A stretch of DNA of 64,000 nt from positions 1 through 64,000 of IMG/VR virus record IMGVR_UViG_3300027924_001186. One strand, given 5' to 3'. This DNA comes from a virus. Its lineage: Duplodnaviria > Caudoviricetes. The position numbers and the translations under genes are program-made. The notes below the pieces were generated by a model, which was not told where the DNA came from, made no database searches, and saw nothing but the letters and a program-made list of their open reading frames with translations. This document shows positions 32,231-43,201 of this stretch, piece by piece; the first letter of the stretch is position 1; each line of letters starts with the position of its first letter.

Positions 32231-33298
32231 ATGAAAATTAAAGATATTATTGCTTTAACACAAAATCCTTACGCCAATGTCGCAGAAGATGCCATTTGCG
32301 GAGAGATTACGGGCTGGGTCGATTCCGGTTCCTATGCTCTGAATGCACTTCTATCCGGTTCTATCTTCAAGGGATTCCCATCGAACAAAATCGTGGGATT
32401 CATCGGAGTAGAGTCGACAGGTAAGACTTTCTATACGCTTGCCGCTTGCAAGAACTTCCTGGAAATGAATCCCAACAGCGTGGTGGTTTACTTCGAAACC
32501 GAGAACGCCTTGACTAAAGAGATTCTGTCGGGTAGAGGTATAGCCTTGGATCGTTTCGTTCATCTACCAGTGGCAACGGTTCAGGAGTTCAAGAATCAAG
32601 CTCTACGAATCGTGGATGAGAAACTCAAGGATAAGGAAGAACTGCCGATATTGTTCGTCTTGGACAGTCTCGGTAATCTATCAACCAACAAAGAGATGGA
32701 AGATTCGGCGGCGGGTTCCGACACCAAAGATATGACTCGAGCCCAAATCATCAAAGCCGCCTTTAGAGTCCTTGCATTGAAACTCGGTATGGCCAATATC
32801 CCGATGATCTTTACCAATCATGTCTACGATAAAATCGGAGCCGGTCCTTATGCCGGCAAAGAACAAGGGGGTGGATCGGGCTCGAAGTACGCCAGCAGCA
32901 TTACCATATCTCTCACTAAAGCTAAAGAGAAAGACGGAGACGAAGTTATCGGTTCCGTCATCTCCTGTACCGCGGTTAAATCGAGATTGGTGAGAGAGCA
33001 GACCAAGGTAAAAACATTGATTCGCTTTAGTGGCGGACTGGATAGATACTACGGACTAATCGATTTGGCGGAGAAGAGTGGCGCCTTTAAGAAAGTATCC
33101 ACCAAATATGAAATAAAGGGAAAAAAGTATTTTGAAAAAGCTATTGAAAGAAATCCAGAAAAGTTCTTCACTCCCGATATATTAGATATTATCGAGAATT
33201 ATGTCAACAAAACTTTTAAATACGGAGTCGCCTCCGTAGAAGATGAAATTACCACTATCGAGGAAACGAATGATGACGAAACGGAATCTTTAGATTGA
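32231..33298 (+). CDS. uvsX: UvsX RecA-like recombinase
   Basis: DSGSYALNALLSGS, GVESTGKT, LDSLGNL, DMTRA, TNHVY, GGGSG. Confidence 0.93.
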   Translation: MKIKDIIALTQNPYANVAEDAICGEITGWVDSGSYALNALLSGSIFKGFPSNKIVGFIGVESTGKTFYTLAACKNFLEMNPNSVVVYFETENALTKEILSGRGIALDRFVHLPVATVQEFKNQALRIVDEKLKDKEELPILFVLDSLGNLSTNKEMEDSAAGSDTKDMTRAQIIKAAFRVLALKLGMANIPMIFTNHVYDKIGAGPYAGKEQGGGSGSKYASSITISLTKAKEKDGDEVIGSVISCTAVKSRLVREQTKVKTLIRFSGGLDRYYGLIDLAEKSGAFKKVSTKYEIKGKKYFEKAIERNPEKFFTPDILDIIENYVNKTFKYGVASVEDEITTIEETNDDETESLD

Positions 33299-33994
33299 TT
33301 CCATTTTCGCATAGTTTCTTGAACTCTTCGGTTTTCCGTTTTAATGCTTCACTGATTTTTTGTTTGTGTTCTTTAGTTAATAGAACTCCGTTTTCTATTA
33401 CTTGTTTTGCCGTTTCTTTGCTTTGCTTATATTCTGTTTGGCTTTTTCAGAACGCGGAACTCCAAGAAGGGCTTCACTGATTTTTTGTTTAGTTTCTTTA
33501 GATAAAGGTGTTCCGCTTATGTGATTCGCTCATATTTTTTCGGTGTTCTTCAGACAAAGGAATGCCGCATTCTTGCTTTACTCATATTTTGTTTATGCGT
33601 TTCAGATTTTGGTTTTTTCATATTAACAGTCGATGATTTAGGTTTTCTCATTTTCTGTTTATGTTCTTCAGAATGAGGTATTCCAAAATTTGATGGACCT
33701 TTTCTGTCTGTTTTATTGAGCCATTGCTGACTTTTACGAACTTTCATTCTTTTGAGAACTTTATGTTCCCAGTTTCTCGTTTCTTTTTGGGTTTGAAAGA
33801 TTCTTCGTACTTCTATAACATCCGGCTCGCCATAAAGCCATCTTTGAATAGCGACATAAACCGAAGAAGTGAAATAGGAAGTCCAGAGATCATTGGGATG
33901 GCAACCTTGTTTCCATCTTGCACCATAGTACCAAGTGTCAATCCAAGACCAGCCGAATAAGATAGGTAAAAGGAGTATAAGTAGTTTCAGGCAT
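33290..33994 (-). CDS. GIY-YIG-like homing endonuclease with NUMOD3 repeats; six +1 insertions
   Basis: Extras at 33955, 33567, 33515, 33412, 33390, 33338; corrected 232 aa starting MPETTYTPFTYLIGWSW. Confidence 0.78.
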
Positions 33995-34068
33995 GATAGC
34001 CTCCGTAATAGGTTATTGTGATTAGAATAAGGAGATGCTTCGAACCATCTCCTTATTTGTTATTTATA
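33976..34068. promoter_or_regulatory. Endonuclease leader cassette copy 5
   Basis: AATAAGGAGATG/CATCTCCTTATT stem; TATAAATA (-) 34061-34068. Confidence 0.75.
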
Positions 34069-34093
34069 TTATTAAATTTGATGAGGTGAAATT

Positions 34094-34357
34094 ATGACAC
34101 GAGACGAATTTTACAAGAAATTAGAAGAAGGCGATCTCGAGGTAACCTTCGAGAAGAAGACCGATGGATCGATTAGAACAATGAAATGTACCGCCAACGC
34201 GCCCGAATCCGATAAACCGGAAACCAGAAAAACATCCAAACCAGATACGCTAATCACGGTTTACGATACCGAAGCCAAAGGGTACAGAAGTTTCTACTCG
34301 GACAATATCAAGGAAGTGAAACCTCTTGATACCAACTTCGGTTTAATCCAGGAGTGA
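34094..34357 (+). CDS. Small SH3/Sm-like (WYL_2-type) protein
   Basis: VTFEKKTDGSIRTMKCT...VYDTEAKGYRSF. Confidence 0.7.
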   Translation: MTRDEFYKKLEEGDLEVTFEKKTDGSIRTMKCTANAPESDKPETRKTSKPDTLITVYDTEAKGYRSFYSDNIKEVKPLDTNFGLIQE

Positions 34358-34997
34358 TTTTTTTATAAGGACCGCGCTTTTTTCCAAGTTGTATACTACT
34401 GACAGATCTACCAATTTTTAATTTCGTTTCTTCGGAATGCGTATGTGATTTACCGTTGATTTGAAATACTAATCTTTCGTTTGGTTTCTTCGGACATCAT
34501 GATTCCGTTTATTATGCGCCGGTCTTCCGTTTTAAAGTATCACTAATCTTTCGTTTGGTTTTTTCTTTCAAAGTTTTCCCCTTCCTATTGGAAGGTTTTC
34601 CTTTTTTCGTTTCACTCATTTTTCGTTTAGTTTCTTTAGAGACCGAAAGATTCTTTTTAAGATTCTCGTAGATCTTTGCTGTCACTTTATTCTTATTACC
34701 TTTTCCGATAAAAAACCAGAAAGACCTCGACATTGAAATGGAATCAGAAAACGCTTTCCACATAAGATGGTGGATGATATAGTGGGCTTTAGCAGGAACC
34801 TTAAGAAGATTATCTGGTTCTTTAATCCATTCGGGTTTCCAGGACTTAGGAACGATATGATGACACTCGAAGCCTTCAGGTTTATCTTCGGGTTCGATAG
34901 AGATAAAGTAATTTAGAATCTTAATAAGACGGTTAAGATAATGAGAATTCGAGTTAGGTTGTTCGACAAGATATTGAACATAAATACTTTTAGGCAT
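34308..34997 (-). CDS. HNH homing endonuclease (MPKSIYV family); three +1 insertions
   Basis: Extras at 34529, 34507, 34455; corrected 228 aa. Confidence 0.78.
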
Positions 34998-35071
34998 GAT
35001 AGCCTCCTAGAAAGGTTATTGTGATTAGGATATGGAGATGCTTGGAACCATCTCCATATCCGATATTTATA
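34979..35071. promoter_or_regulatory. Endonuclease leader cassette copy 6
   Basis: GGATATGGAGATG/CATCTCCATATCC stem; TATAAATA (-) 35064-35071. Confidence 0.75.
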
Positions 35072-35095
35072 AATTACATTTACAGAGGAGTGATT

Positions 35096-35419
35096 ATGAT
35101 ACCTAAATTCGAAATTGTCGATGCTTCTACGGGGGAAAGCGGTAAACCGAATGTAAAAGTCGTCATCATTGACGATGACAGATTTTTAGGCTATATCTTC
35201 GAATTTGCCGATATCAGTTTCGACCACGAATCCGACGGTATTGGTGTATCTTACGGATTGAATATAGATATTCACAAGAACTATTTGCCCGTTTCGATTT
35301 CTGATGATCAAACCAAAGTTATCATGGAAACCGCTCAAGCCATTTTAGAAAAAATCATGACCGATTTTGTTGAAGCGCACAATCGTGGTGAGCTTGACAA
35401 TATGGCGGAGATGGTGTAA
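35096..35419 (+). CDS. Hypothetical protein, possibly gp40-like head vertex chaperone
   Basis: Size, acidity and position between uvsX and gp41; weak motif resemblance only. Confidence 0.4.
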   Translation: MIPKFEIVDASTGESGKPNVKVVIIDDDRFLGYIFEFADISFDHESDGIGVSYGLNIDIHKNYLPVSISDDQTKVIMETAQAILEKIMTDFVEAHNRGELDNMAEMV

Positions 35420-35422
35420 AAT
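35394..35422 (+). promoter_or_regulatory. Sigma70-type promoter upstream of folE
   Basis: TTGACA-N17-TAAAAT. Confidence 0.6.
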
Positions 35423-35448
35423 TACAGAAACCAAAAGGAGGTACGACT

Positions 35449-36123
35449 ATGCCGTTGCTGCCATCAGAAAGAATCGTTCAAAGATTACAAGAAGCCAACC
35501 TTCCATTCCACGCTAACGATAACATATCGAAAGTTCTCCACGAGAGCGATATCGCCGATCTAAAGAAGGAAGTGGAACAAAGAGTTTTGGAACTTCTTAA
35601 AAGTCTCGTTATCGATATCGATAACGACCATAATACCCACGACACGGCTCGAAGAGTCGCCAAGATGTATGTCGATGAAGTCTTTGCGGGACGATATAAG
35701 AAGCGCCCCGACATCACGGTATTCCCGAACATCAAGGATTTGGATGAACTCTACACTCTCGGTCCTATCAAGGTCAAGAGTGCATGCAGTCACCACTTCG
35801 TAGAGATAGAGGGGTATTGCTGGGTAGGTGTTTATCCTTCCGATATGGTTATCGGTATCTCTAAGATAGCGAGAATCGTCGATTGGGTTTGCCGCCGTCC
35901 TCATATCCAAGAAGAGATGAGCATCATCTTAGCTAACGAACTCGAGGAAATCATGAAACCCAAGGGTCTGGGTGTGGTCATCAGAGCCAAGCATCATTGC
36001 ATGACATGGCGTGGTGTTAAAGAAGAAGCCTCCGAGATGGTTACCTCCGTGATGCGCGGTGCCTTGCGCGAAGATACGCTCAAGACCGAATTCTTCAATC
36101 TAATCAAATCGCAAGGATTCTAA
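35449..36123 (+). CDS. folE: GTP cyclohydrolase I
   Basis: TARRVAKMY, SACSHHF, GISKIARIV, QEE, HHCMTWRGV. Confidence 0.94.
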   Translation: MPLLPSERIVQRLQEANLPFHANDNISKVLHESDIADLKKEVEQRVLELLKSLVIDIDNDHNTHDTARRVAKMYVDEVFAGRYKKRPDITVFPNIKDLDELYTLGPIKVKSACSHHFVEIEGYCWVGVYPSDMVIGISKIARIVDWVCRRPHIQEEMSIILANELEEIMKPKGLGVVIRAKHHCMTWRGVKEEASEMVTSVMRGALREDTLKTEFFNLIKSQGF

Positions 36124-36124
36124 T

Positions 36125-36469
36125 ATGAATGTCAGAAAGATTATATGGGTCACTTTTCAACGCGCGGGGTTTCATAGATATCCGAATGCTCCAGAAGATG
36201 TCGGGTATCTGTCATCGAATCACAGACACTTATTCAAATTCAAGGTGGGCATCGAAGTCTTTCACGATGATAGGGAAATCGAGTTCCATCAGTTTCTAAG
36301 ATGGTTAGAAAGTCTTTATGACAAGGCTCTAGTGCTCGACTACCGTTCCTGCGAAATGATTGCCGACGAATTGGCGGAAGTGATTAAGGGGCGATATCCT
36401 AATCGCGATATCGAGATCGATGTTTCGGAGGATGGCGAATGCGGTGTAACCGCCACTTACCAGAAGTGA
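36125..36469 (+). CDS. queD: QueD-like tunnelling-fold enzyme (CPH4 synthase)
   Basis: FHRY...HRHLF zinc ligands, SCEMIA, VSEDGE; directly after folE. Confidence 0.75.
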   Translation: MNVRKIIWVTFQRAGFHRYPNAPEDVGYLSSNHRHLFKFKVGIEVFHDDREIEFHQFLRWLESLYDKALVLDYRSCEMIADELAEVIKGRYPNRDIEIDVSEDGECGVTATYQK

Positions 36470-36472
36470 TAG

Positions 36473-37187
36473 TTAATCGTCAACCGTCTTTTTAACTTTC
36501 GGCTTACCTTTCAGTGCCATAGATATTCGTCTTTTATGCTCTTCCGAACGCGGTTTGCCGCCGAGAGATAGATTTAATTCGTATATACGAGGATCATCTG
36601 GCATCAGAAAATAATCGCGTTTACCATCGTTATATACTTTGGTCCCTTTAATACTTGACGGTGTTCCTTTAAGTTTCTCGGATAGATATTTTTTATGTTC
36701 GTCGGTAACAGGAATACCTTTATTCCACGGAGTACATCCTTTATGTGCGGCACTCATGTTTTTAAGAGTTTCTTCGGATGGCTTCCATCCCTTTTTGCTT
36801 CTTGATATTTTTTCGCATGATTCGGGTGTGTGCTTGTTACCTTTATGGGATAAAGACATTCGTTTTCGAGTTTCTTCGGTGTGTCCGGGTGCAGATGAAT
36901 TTACCATCTGCTTGACTTTTATTCAACCAACGTTCACTATCAATAACATTTAGTCTTCTTAAAACTTTATGTTCCCAAAAACGAGCGTCGGATTGAGATA
37001 AAAAGGTTCGTCTGATTTCTATCACATCTGGCTCTCCGTGCTCTTCTCGAAAGGCTCGAACAATTTTTGAAGAGGTGAAATAAGTGGTCCATAAATCTTT
37101 AGGAAAACAGCCTTTAGCATATCTCGAGCCATAGTACCATCTATTATGGGCAGTCCACCCAATCAAATAAGTAAAAGGTATAAACAT
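36473..37187 (-). CDS. GIY-YIG-like homing endonuclease with NUMOD3; +1 insertion at ~36887
   Basis: Track ORFs 36843-37187 and 36473-36907 fuse at ACC-C-GGA (237 aa). Confidence 0.8.
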
Positions 37188-37250
37188 GATTAAATCCTCA
37201 TTAAGTAAGATAGTGCTATTTATAGAATCAGATACAAGGGTGCATAATAA

Positions 37251-38651
37251 ATGAAAAATGTAATAAATTCAAAGACTTCCGAGTTCGTTTTCAGTGCGCC
37301 ATCTTATTTGAGAATCATAACTCACGGTCGATTAAGAACCGTTCCGAGTTTGAAGGAACTGACAGATACTATCGTAACCGACGGGATTATGAGAATCAAA
37401 GAAGAGTTAAAAGAGATCGATTATCCGATGATGATCAGTATACTTTTCAATGCCTTTACCGAGAAGAATTATCTCGAAAGAATACTGACATCGGGCAAAT
37501 TCGGGTTCGATAGAGTCTATGCCGATTCCGGTGGATTGCAGATGATCACTCTCGGGCTAACAGCCAACCATCAAGCCAAGCAGGATGTCTATGCTATTCA
37601 GGCTAAAACCGATTTAGCCATGTGCTTCGATGAAATACCCATCAAGAATGAGAAGATGGTGGGACGAGCCGGGTATCTGGATAAGGTCTTCATGTATGAA
37701 GAACACGCCAAATGCGCGAAAGAGACCTGCTATAACGTGATATCGCAAATAGACTACTTCAGAAAAGTCGGTTCCGCGACTAAGGTATTCTTCATCGTTC
37801 AAGGCAACACCTATAGCGATATGAGCGAGTGGTTCGAAATAGCCACCAAGACGATTCCCAAAGATTACTGGGATCAAATCGGAGGTTTAGCTATCGGAGG
37901 TGTCTGCTTGGGATACGGGCAACGAGAAGATGTCGAGAAGATTGCTATCTATCGTCAGTTAAGAGACGACTTCGGTGTCGAGTATACCAAGAAGCATCTG
38001 CATATCTTGGGTGTCGGATCCGTTATGCGTTTGCAACCTCTAATCATCCTGCGAAATACGGGACTGGTTCCCGAAGATACCCATGTCTCTTATGACTCCA
38101 CCACCTTGAGTATGGCGTATACCTACGGTAACTTCATGAACAAGGATGGGGATATCCAAAGAGATACTCCACTATGGGAGAAGAACTTCCGACATTATTA
38201 CGACACTATCACACCTATCTATCTTGATTACGGGTATACTCAAGATGAGATCGATTCCTATTATAACCGTACGGTTAAGGATATGCTATGTCATGAGAAG
38301 ATCTATAGCGATCATGAAGATGATCGCTTAAGAGTTTTTCATCATTGTTTTTCTGCTCTATCGAATGTTCATCAAATCATCAATTTTACGCATAACCTAT
38401 ATCGCATTTATAAGAATTGGGATAAAGGTAACGACCCTATCGGAATGTTGAAGGTGGTTAAGAGTATCGATGACTTCTATGAGTGGGAGAAAGTATATGG
38501 GCCGCTGGTTCCATCGAAACGACTCACTCGAAAGAAAGTTTCCTTACTCGAAGAGCTGGTTGATAGTAGAGCGAGTGGAGAAAAGGTGTTGATGCCGAAA
38601 GTAACCAATAAACGTTCGAAAGCAACGCTATCTGATTTTTGGGAGGATTGA
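37251..38651 (+). CDS. dpdA: DpdA/TGT-like 7-deazaguanine transglycosylase
   Basis: ADSGGLQ, AMCFDEIP, FIVQG, GLAIGG, HLHILGVG, SYDST motifs of the TGT fold; between queD and queE. Confidence 0.78.
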   Translation: MKNVINSKTSEFVFSAPSYLRIITHGRLRTVPSLKELTDTIVTDGIMRIKEELKEIDYPMMISILFNAFTEKNYLERILTSGKFGFDRVYADSGGLQMITLGLTANHQAKQDVYAIQAKTDLAMCFDEIPIKNEKMVGRAGYLDKVFMYEEHAKCAKETCYNVISQIDYFRKVGSATKVFFIVQGNTYSDMSEWFEIATKTIPKDYWDQIGGLAIGGVCLGYGQREDVEKIAIYRQLRDDFGVEYTKKHLHILGVGSVMRLQPLIILRNTGLVPEDTHVSYDSTTLSMAYTYGNFMNKDGDIQRDTPLWEKNFRHYYDTITPIYLDYGYTQDEIDSYYNRTVKDMLCHEKIYSDHEDDRLRVFHHCFSALSNVHQIINFTHNLYRIYKNWDKGNDPIGMLKVVKSIDDFYEWEKVYGPLVPSKRLTRKKVSLLEELVDSRASGEKVLMPKVTNKRSKATLSDFWED

Positions 38652-39550
38652 TGAAAATTAGACTATCCGAGATTTTTGCAAGTGTGCAGGGTGAAGGTAG
38701 ATTCACCGGAATGCCTACGATATTCGTAAGGTTTTTTGGTTGTAATCTGAAATGCGATGGGTTCGGACAGAAATGCCCGACAGATCCGTCGACGTATATC
38801 TTACCTTATAAGGACTTGGACATTTCGAAATATAAGTCTATGTCCGAGTTGCCGGTATTCGAGTATGGCTGCGATTCTTCTTACTCGTGGTCTCCACGTT
38901 TTAAGAGTCTGGCTAAAGATTATAGCGCGTCTGAAGTGGTCGATGAGATTATCAGGATCGGTAAAGAAGATCTCGGGCTTAGATTAGTTGCGGACGACAA
39001 TCATATAGATAACTGGTTACATCTTCAAACCAGAATGCCGGCTCAAATCTGCTTTACCGGTGGTGAGCCTATGCTCAATCAGATAGCGATGGATGCTATC
39101 TTATTAGAGCTGGAGGAGAGGAGATTGAATCCCATACAAGTCACTATCGAGACTAATGCTACTCAGGAATTGGATGATTTTAGATCCAATCTCTATACCA
39201 AGCACGTTCATATGAGCTGTTCGCCTAAACTCTATACAGTGAGCGGAGAAGCGAATGCTATCGATTTCGGTGTGCTGGCTTCTTATATCACCTATGCGGA
39301 CTCGGGTGCCATTAAGTTCGTTCATAACGGTAGTCAGGAAGCATGGGATGAGATCGATTCGAAGATGGATACGATTAGAGATCTTATCAGAGGCGAGCCT
39401 TGGCAACTCTGGATCATGCCTGCTCATGCTACATTAGAGGCAGCGGGCTCGGATTATATCGGCCCTTTATGTAATGAAGCATTAAAAAGAGGTTTTTGGA
39501 TTAGTCTTCGAATGCATGTTTATGCTTTTGGAAATGTGGTTGGTAAATAA
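38651..39550 (+). CDS. queE: 7-carboxy-7-deazaguanine synthase (radical SAM)
   Basis: SEIFASVQGEG, FVRFFGCNLKC...GCDS, FTGGEP, IETN, SPKL, LRMH. Confidence 0.88.
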   Translation: MKIRLSEIFASVQGEGRFTGMPTIFVRFFGCNLKCDGFGQKCPTDPSTYILPYKDLDISKYKSMSELPVFEYGCDSSYSWSPRFKSLAKDYSASEVVDEIIRIGKEDLGLRLVADDNHIDNWLHLQTRMPAQICFTGGEPMLNQIAMDAILLELEERRLNPIQVTIETNATQELDDFRSNLYTKHVHMSCSPKLYTVSGEANAIDFGVLASYITYADSGAIKFVHNGSQEAWDEIDSKMDTIRDLIRGEPWQLWIMPAHATLEAAGSDYIGPLCNEALKRGFWISLRMHVYAFGNVVGK

Positions 39551-40162
39551 TACCATCCTATATCATTTGTATTCTTACCGACATCAGATAGAGAGAATAA
39601 AGACTTATTTTTCACTCTGTTGAATGCTCCTTGTGTTAGAACGACGCCGTCGAACCACCCTTTCAATGTTCCAAAATCGCCGATATCGAGTTGTTTTCTA
39701 GTCAATGCCATACTGGGGAAAATACCAAAAGGGGTATGTATAAGATGCGTTTGTTTGGCTTGTTGAAATCGGTACTCGTTAGATTTACGGTATTCTTTTT
39801 CTTGAATTCTTGAGTGGTGTATTTTCCATGCTTCTTTTTGTTTAGTGCATCTATGTTTGATGATCTCGTCGGTTATATGGTTCCAACCACCATCAAGTTC
39901 TTCGATTTTAAGATTCGCCCATTTAGAACTCTTAACGATATCGTTTTCTTGGCTAAATCGTATAGCAGTTTCTTTACATAGAACAATATCCTGAAACGCA
40001 CCAAGAATTTCTGTGGATATGTCGTAACCGTGCTTTTCAAGATGTCTTTTCCAATACTTACCTGATCCGTTATACTTGAAAGGATCTCTTGTAGTTTTAC
40101 CAAAATACTTTAACCCTGTTTGATTATGGGTTTTTTATGTAAAGATAGATAATTTCTTTCAT
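39520..40162 (-). CDS. GIY-YIG (Seg-like) homing endonuclease; one extra A in a homopolymer at ~40131-40136
   Basis: IYLYIK-THNQTGLKYFGKTTRDPFKYNGSGKYW after removing one base (213 aa); paralog of 49409-50122. Confidence 0.75.
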
Positions 40163-40275
40163 GCTGCTATATCTCCTGTTAGATTAGTAGAGCCCTCAGA
40201 TGGTGAGACATCGTGGAGGGCACCATTACTTATGGAGGCTAATATGCTTTTCATTCCGAAAGTGGGAACTTAACT

Positions 40276-41682
40276 ATGGACGACATATCTCTAGAAGATG
40301 TGGTCCTCCAAAATCTGATAACTAACGATACATTCTTAAGAAAAGCCATCCCATATATCAAGGAAGAGTATTTTGCGGATCATGTCAATCGTTGTATCTT
40401 TCGAGCGCTCAACGCTTACTTTCAGAAGAACAACCAGGTTCCTAATCAAGCCATTCTCGCGATAGAAACCAAGGAAGACGATAAAATATCGCACAAAGAT
40501 ATCGATGGTGTATTAAAAACCATCGGTAATATCTATCAAAGCGAGATGGTGAGCGATACCGAATGGCTATCGAAGTCGGCGGAGAAATGGTGTCAAGATA
40601 GAGAGATGTATCTTTCCATCGTAAAAGCTATCGCGATCTACGATGGCACCGATAAGTCTTTACTACCTTCCGCTATCCCGGATATGATGAAGAATGCTCT
40701 GTCGGTCTCATTTAATACGAGCATCGGATTTGATTGGATGGATGACTCGGAAGATAGATATGATCGTTATGAGTTGCCGCAGAATAAGATACCTTTCGAT
40801 CTCGAAACTCTGAACGACATCACTCTAGGAGGAGTCACTCGAAAGACGCTATCTTTGATTCTTGCCGGTGTTCACGTAGGTAAGACTCTATCTCTTGTTC
40901 ACTTAGCAGCCGGTTATGCTCGTTTGGGTTATCAGGTTCTCTATATCTCGATGGAGATGGATGAAAACGAGATCTTGCATCGAATAGATGCCAATATGAT
41001 TAAGACTCCCATGCACCTTATCAGGGATCTCGGCAAATCGAAGTTCATGAAGAGAATGGATCATATCAAGGAAAAAGGCTATGGGAGGATCAAAGTAATT
41101 CAGTTTCCCACCTCGGCTGCTCATGTGGGGCATTTCAAGAATACCATCAACGAACTGAATATGAAGATGACCTGGATGCCCGATGTCGTCATGGTCGATT
41201 ATATAGGGTGCGTGGCGTCTAATCGAATCAAGGTTGGATCGACTAATAGCCATTTCTATCTGAAGAGCGTAGCCGAAGAGATAAGAGCCATGGCTATCGA
41301 GTATAACATCGCTTGCTGGAGTGCGATGCAGCTCACTCGATCGGGTATGGGTTCTAATGATGTAGAGATGACGGACATCGCGGAATCTATAGGTATTCCC
41401 GGAGTTTGCGATCTCATGCTAGCAGGAATGCGTAATGAAGAAACCGACTCAATCGGGCAGATAATTTTCAAGCAACTCAAAAACAGATTTAGAAAGATGC
41501 AGTATCGACCCAAGTTCGTTTTAGGGTGCGACTTTGATGAGCAGCTTTTTTATGACCTATCTCAAAGCGAACAAACCCTGGTTGCAGATACGGCAGCCGT
41601 TCAAATCGATTCCGCGAAGATCCAGGAGAAGTTCCAAGCTAATAAGAGAAGAAAGGGTCGCTTCGAGAATGTCGAAGTTTAA
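40276..41682 (+). CDS. 41: gp41 replicative helicase
   Basis: LAGVHVGKT, YISMEM, VDYIG, QLTRSG, DIAESIG, KQLKNR. Confidence 0.94.
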   Translation: MDDISLEDVVLQNLITNDTFLRKAIPYIKEEYFADHVNRCIFRALNAYFQKNNQVPNQAILAIETKEDDKISHKDIDGVLKTIGNIYQSEMVSDTEWLSKSAEKWCQDREMYLSIVKAIAIYDGTDKSLLPSAIPDMMKNALSVSFNTSIGFDWMDDSEDRYDRYELPQNKIPFDLETLNDITLGGVTRKTLSLILAGVHVGKTLSLVHLAAGYARLGYQVLYISMEMDENEILHRIDANMIKTPMHLIRDLGKSKFMKRMDHIKEKGYGRIKVIQFPTSAAHVGHFKNTINELNMKMTWMPDVVMVDYIGCVASNRIKVGSTNSHFYLKSVAEEIRAMAIEYNIACWSAMQLTRSGMGSNDVEMTDIAESIGIPGVCDLMLAGMRNEETDSIGQIIFKQLKNRFRKMQYRPKFVLGCDFDEQLFYDLSQSEQTLVADTAAVQIDSAKIQEKFQANKRRKGRFENVEV

Positions 41683-41706
41683 GCTCTACCTTTCACGGAG
41701 GCTATT

Positions 41707-42349
41707 ATGCCTAAGACTATTTATACACCTTTCACCTATCTAATACGGTTGGAAGCAACACGATAGATGGTATTATGGAGTTCGATACGCACGAAACTGT
41801 CATCCCGATGATCTTTGGACTTCTTATTTCACCTCTTCGAAGTATGTTCGAGCCTTTCGAGAAGAGAATGGAGAGCCAGATGTAATCGAGATACGACAGA
41901 CTTTTAATGATCCATTTCAAGCCCGTGAATGGGAGCATAAGGTTTTAAAACGACTTAAAGTGATTCAAGACGGGAAATGGTTGAATAAAGGAACAGGAAA
42001 AGCAATACCGATTTTAATAGGCAGAGAAAATGGAAACTTTGGTAGAAAACATACTAATGAAGTTAAGCAAACCATTTCTCTTACTCATAAAGGAAAAACA
42101 ATATCTTTAGAACATCGAAGGAAATTGAGTCTATTTAATAGTGGTGAAGGAAACCCTAATTATGGAAAGAAGCATACAGATGAGGCTAAAAGAAAAATAT
42201 CTGAAGCAAGCAAAAGAAGAAAGATTACAGAAGAAACCCGTTTGAAAATGAGCGAATCTCATAAAGGTAAGCCAAAAAGTTCAGAACATAAAATGAAGAT
42301 AGGCAACTCACACCGAGGGATGAAATATGTTAAAAAAAGACATAATTGA
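41707..42349 (+). CDS. GIY-YIG-like homing endonuclease with NUMOD3; +1 insertion at 41746
   Basis: MPKTIYTPFTYLI-G-WKQHDRWYYGVRYARNCHPDD; GGAGGCTATTATG leader; 213 aa. Confidence 0.78.
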
Positions 42350-42902
42350 CTTCGTATATCAAAATGGCATTATCCAGTTAGGCACGGTTATTTTAAAAAA
42401 TGGATCATATTCGGATCACTTTTATAACTTCGGTAGAGTAGATACACCCGATGCTCTTTTCCATCTATCCAAGTGGTTGGTAGAATTAGTCGCCGACATC
42501 GAGTTCGATGCGGTCTTCACTTCGGCTTATAAGGGCATCGTCGTTCAAACCGGATTCGCTTTGGAATACGGTTACCAGTATCCTTTCAAGAAAATCAGAT
42601 TCGGTTATCAGCGAAAAGAGGATAAGCCGCATGGAGAAGAAGGGAAGATTGTCGGTTACCAACCGAAGAAAGGAGATAGGGTACTTTTGCTGGATGATGT
42701 TTTCACCACCGGTTATAGCATCGAAGAGATGGTGAAATTCTTAAAGAGCAACGGCGCCATTCCGGTGCTGGTGGCGGTCTCGATACTTCGTGCAGACGAA
42801 AAACTATTCTCCAAATTCAAGAAACAAATCGATATCCCTATTCGTTATTTCATTCACGATGATGAGATAACGGCAGTTTATAATCAGTATAGAGGAAGAT
42901 GA
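42327..42902 (+). CDS. pyrE: Orotate phosphoribosyltransferase
   Basis: LKNGSYSDHFYN, AYKGI, RKEDKPHGEEG, LLDDVFTTG. Confidence 0.88.
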   Translation: MLKKDIIDFVYQNGIIQLGTVILKNGSYSDHFYNFGRVDTPDALFHLSKWLVELVADIEFDAVFTSAYKGIVVQTGFALEYGYQYPFKKIRFGYQRKEDKPHGEEGKIVGYQPKKGDRVLLLDDVFTTGYSIEEMVKFLKSNGAIPVLVAVSILRADEKLFSKFKKQIDIPIRYFIHDDEITAVYNQYRGR

Positions 42903-42903
42903 G

Positions 42904-43198
42904 ATGAAAAGGTTACTTTTAGTCGGTTTGCTGCTATATTCTACCCTCACTTCAGCACAGGGTTATGGACCGCCCCCAGATTGGAATCACCATCGAAACT
43001 ATCCGGAAGGTAGGTACCACCGTCCGCCGCCCGCCCAGCACGCCGCCACCACCGCCCCCGGCGCGTTTTCATGAACACCATCGATATGAAAGGCATAACT
43101 ATCATGGTCAGCCTCCGGTTTGGTCATGCAACTGGAGCGGCAGGTACGGCTGGGGTTGTCGCGTTTGGCATACTGAACCCCACTATCGCCGCTGGTAA
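42904..43198 (+). CDS. Secreted Pro/His-rich protein; +1 insertion (G after CC, ~43026-43033)
   Basis: Signal peptide MKRLLLVGLLLYSTLTSA joins the ...PPPPPPARFHEHH...RRW frame after removing one G (97 aa). Confidence 0.55.
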
Positions 43199-43201
43199 GG
43201 T

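Noticed and set aside
33290-33994. Ordinary decay of endonuclease genes into pseudogenes
   Set aside because: All lesions are the same +C before GG with no premature stops or deletions, and the same lesion hits gp55, regA and gp26.
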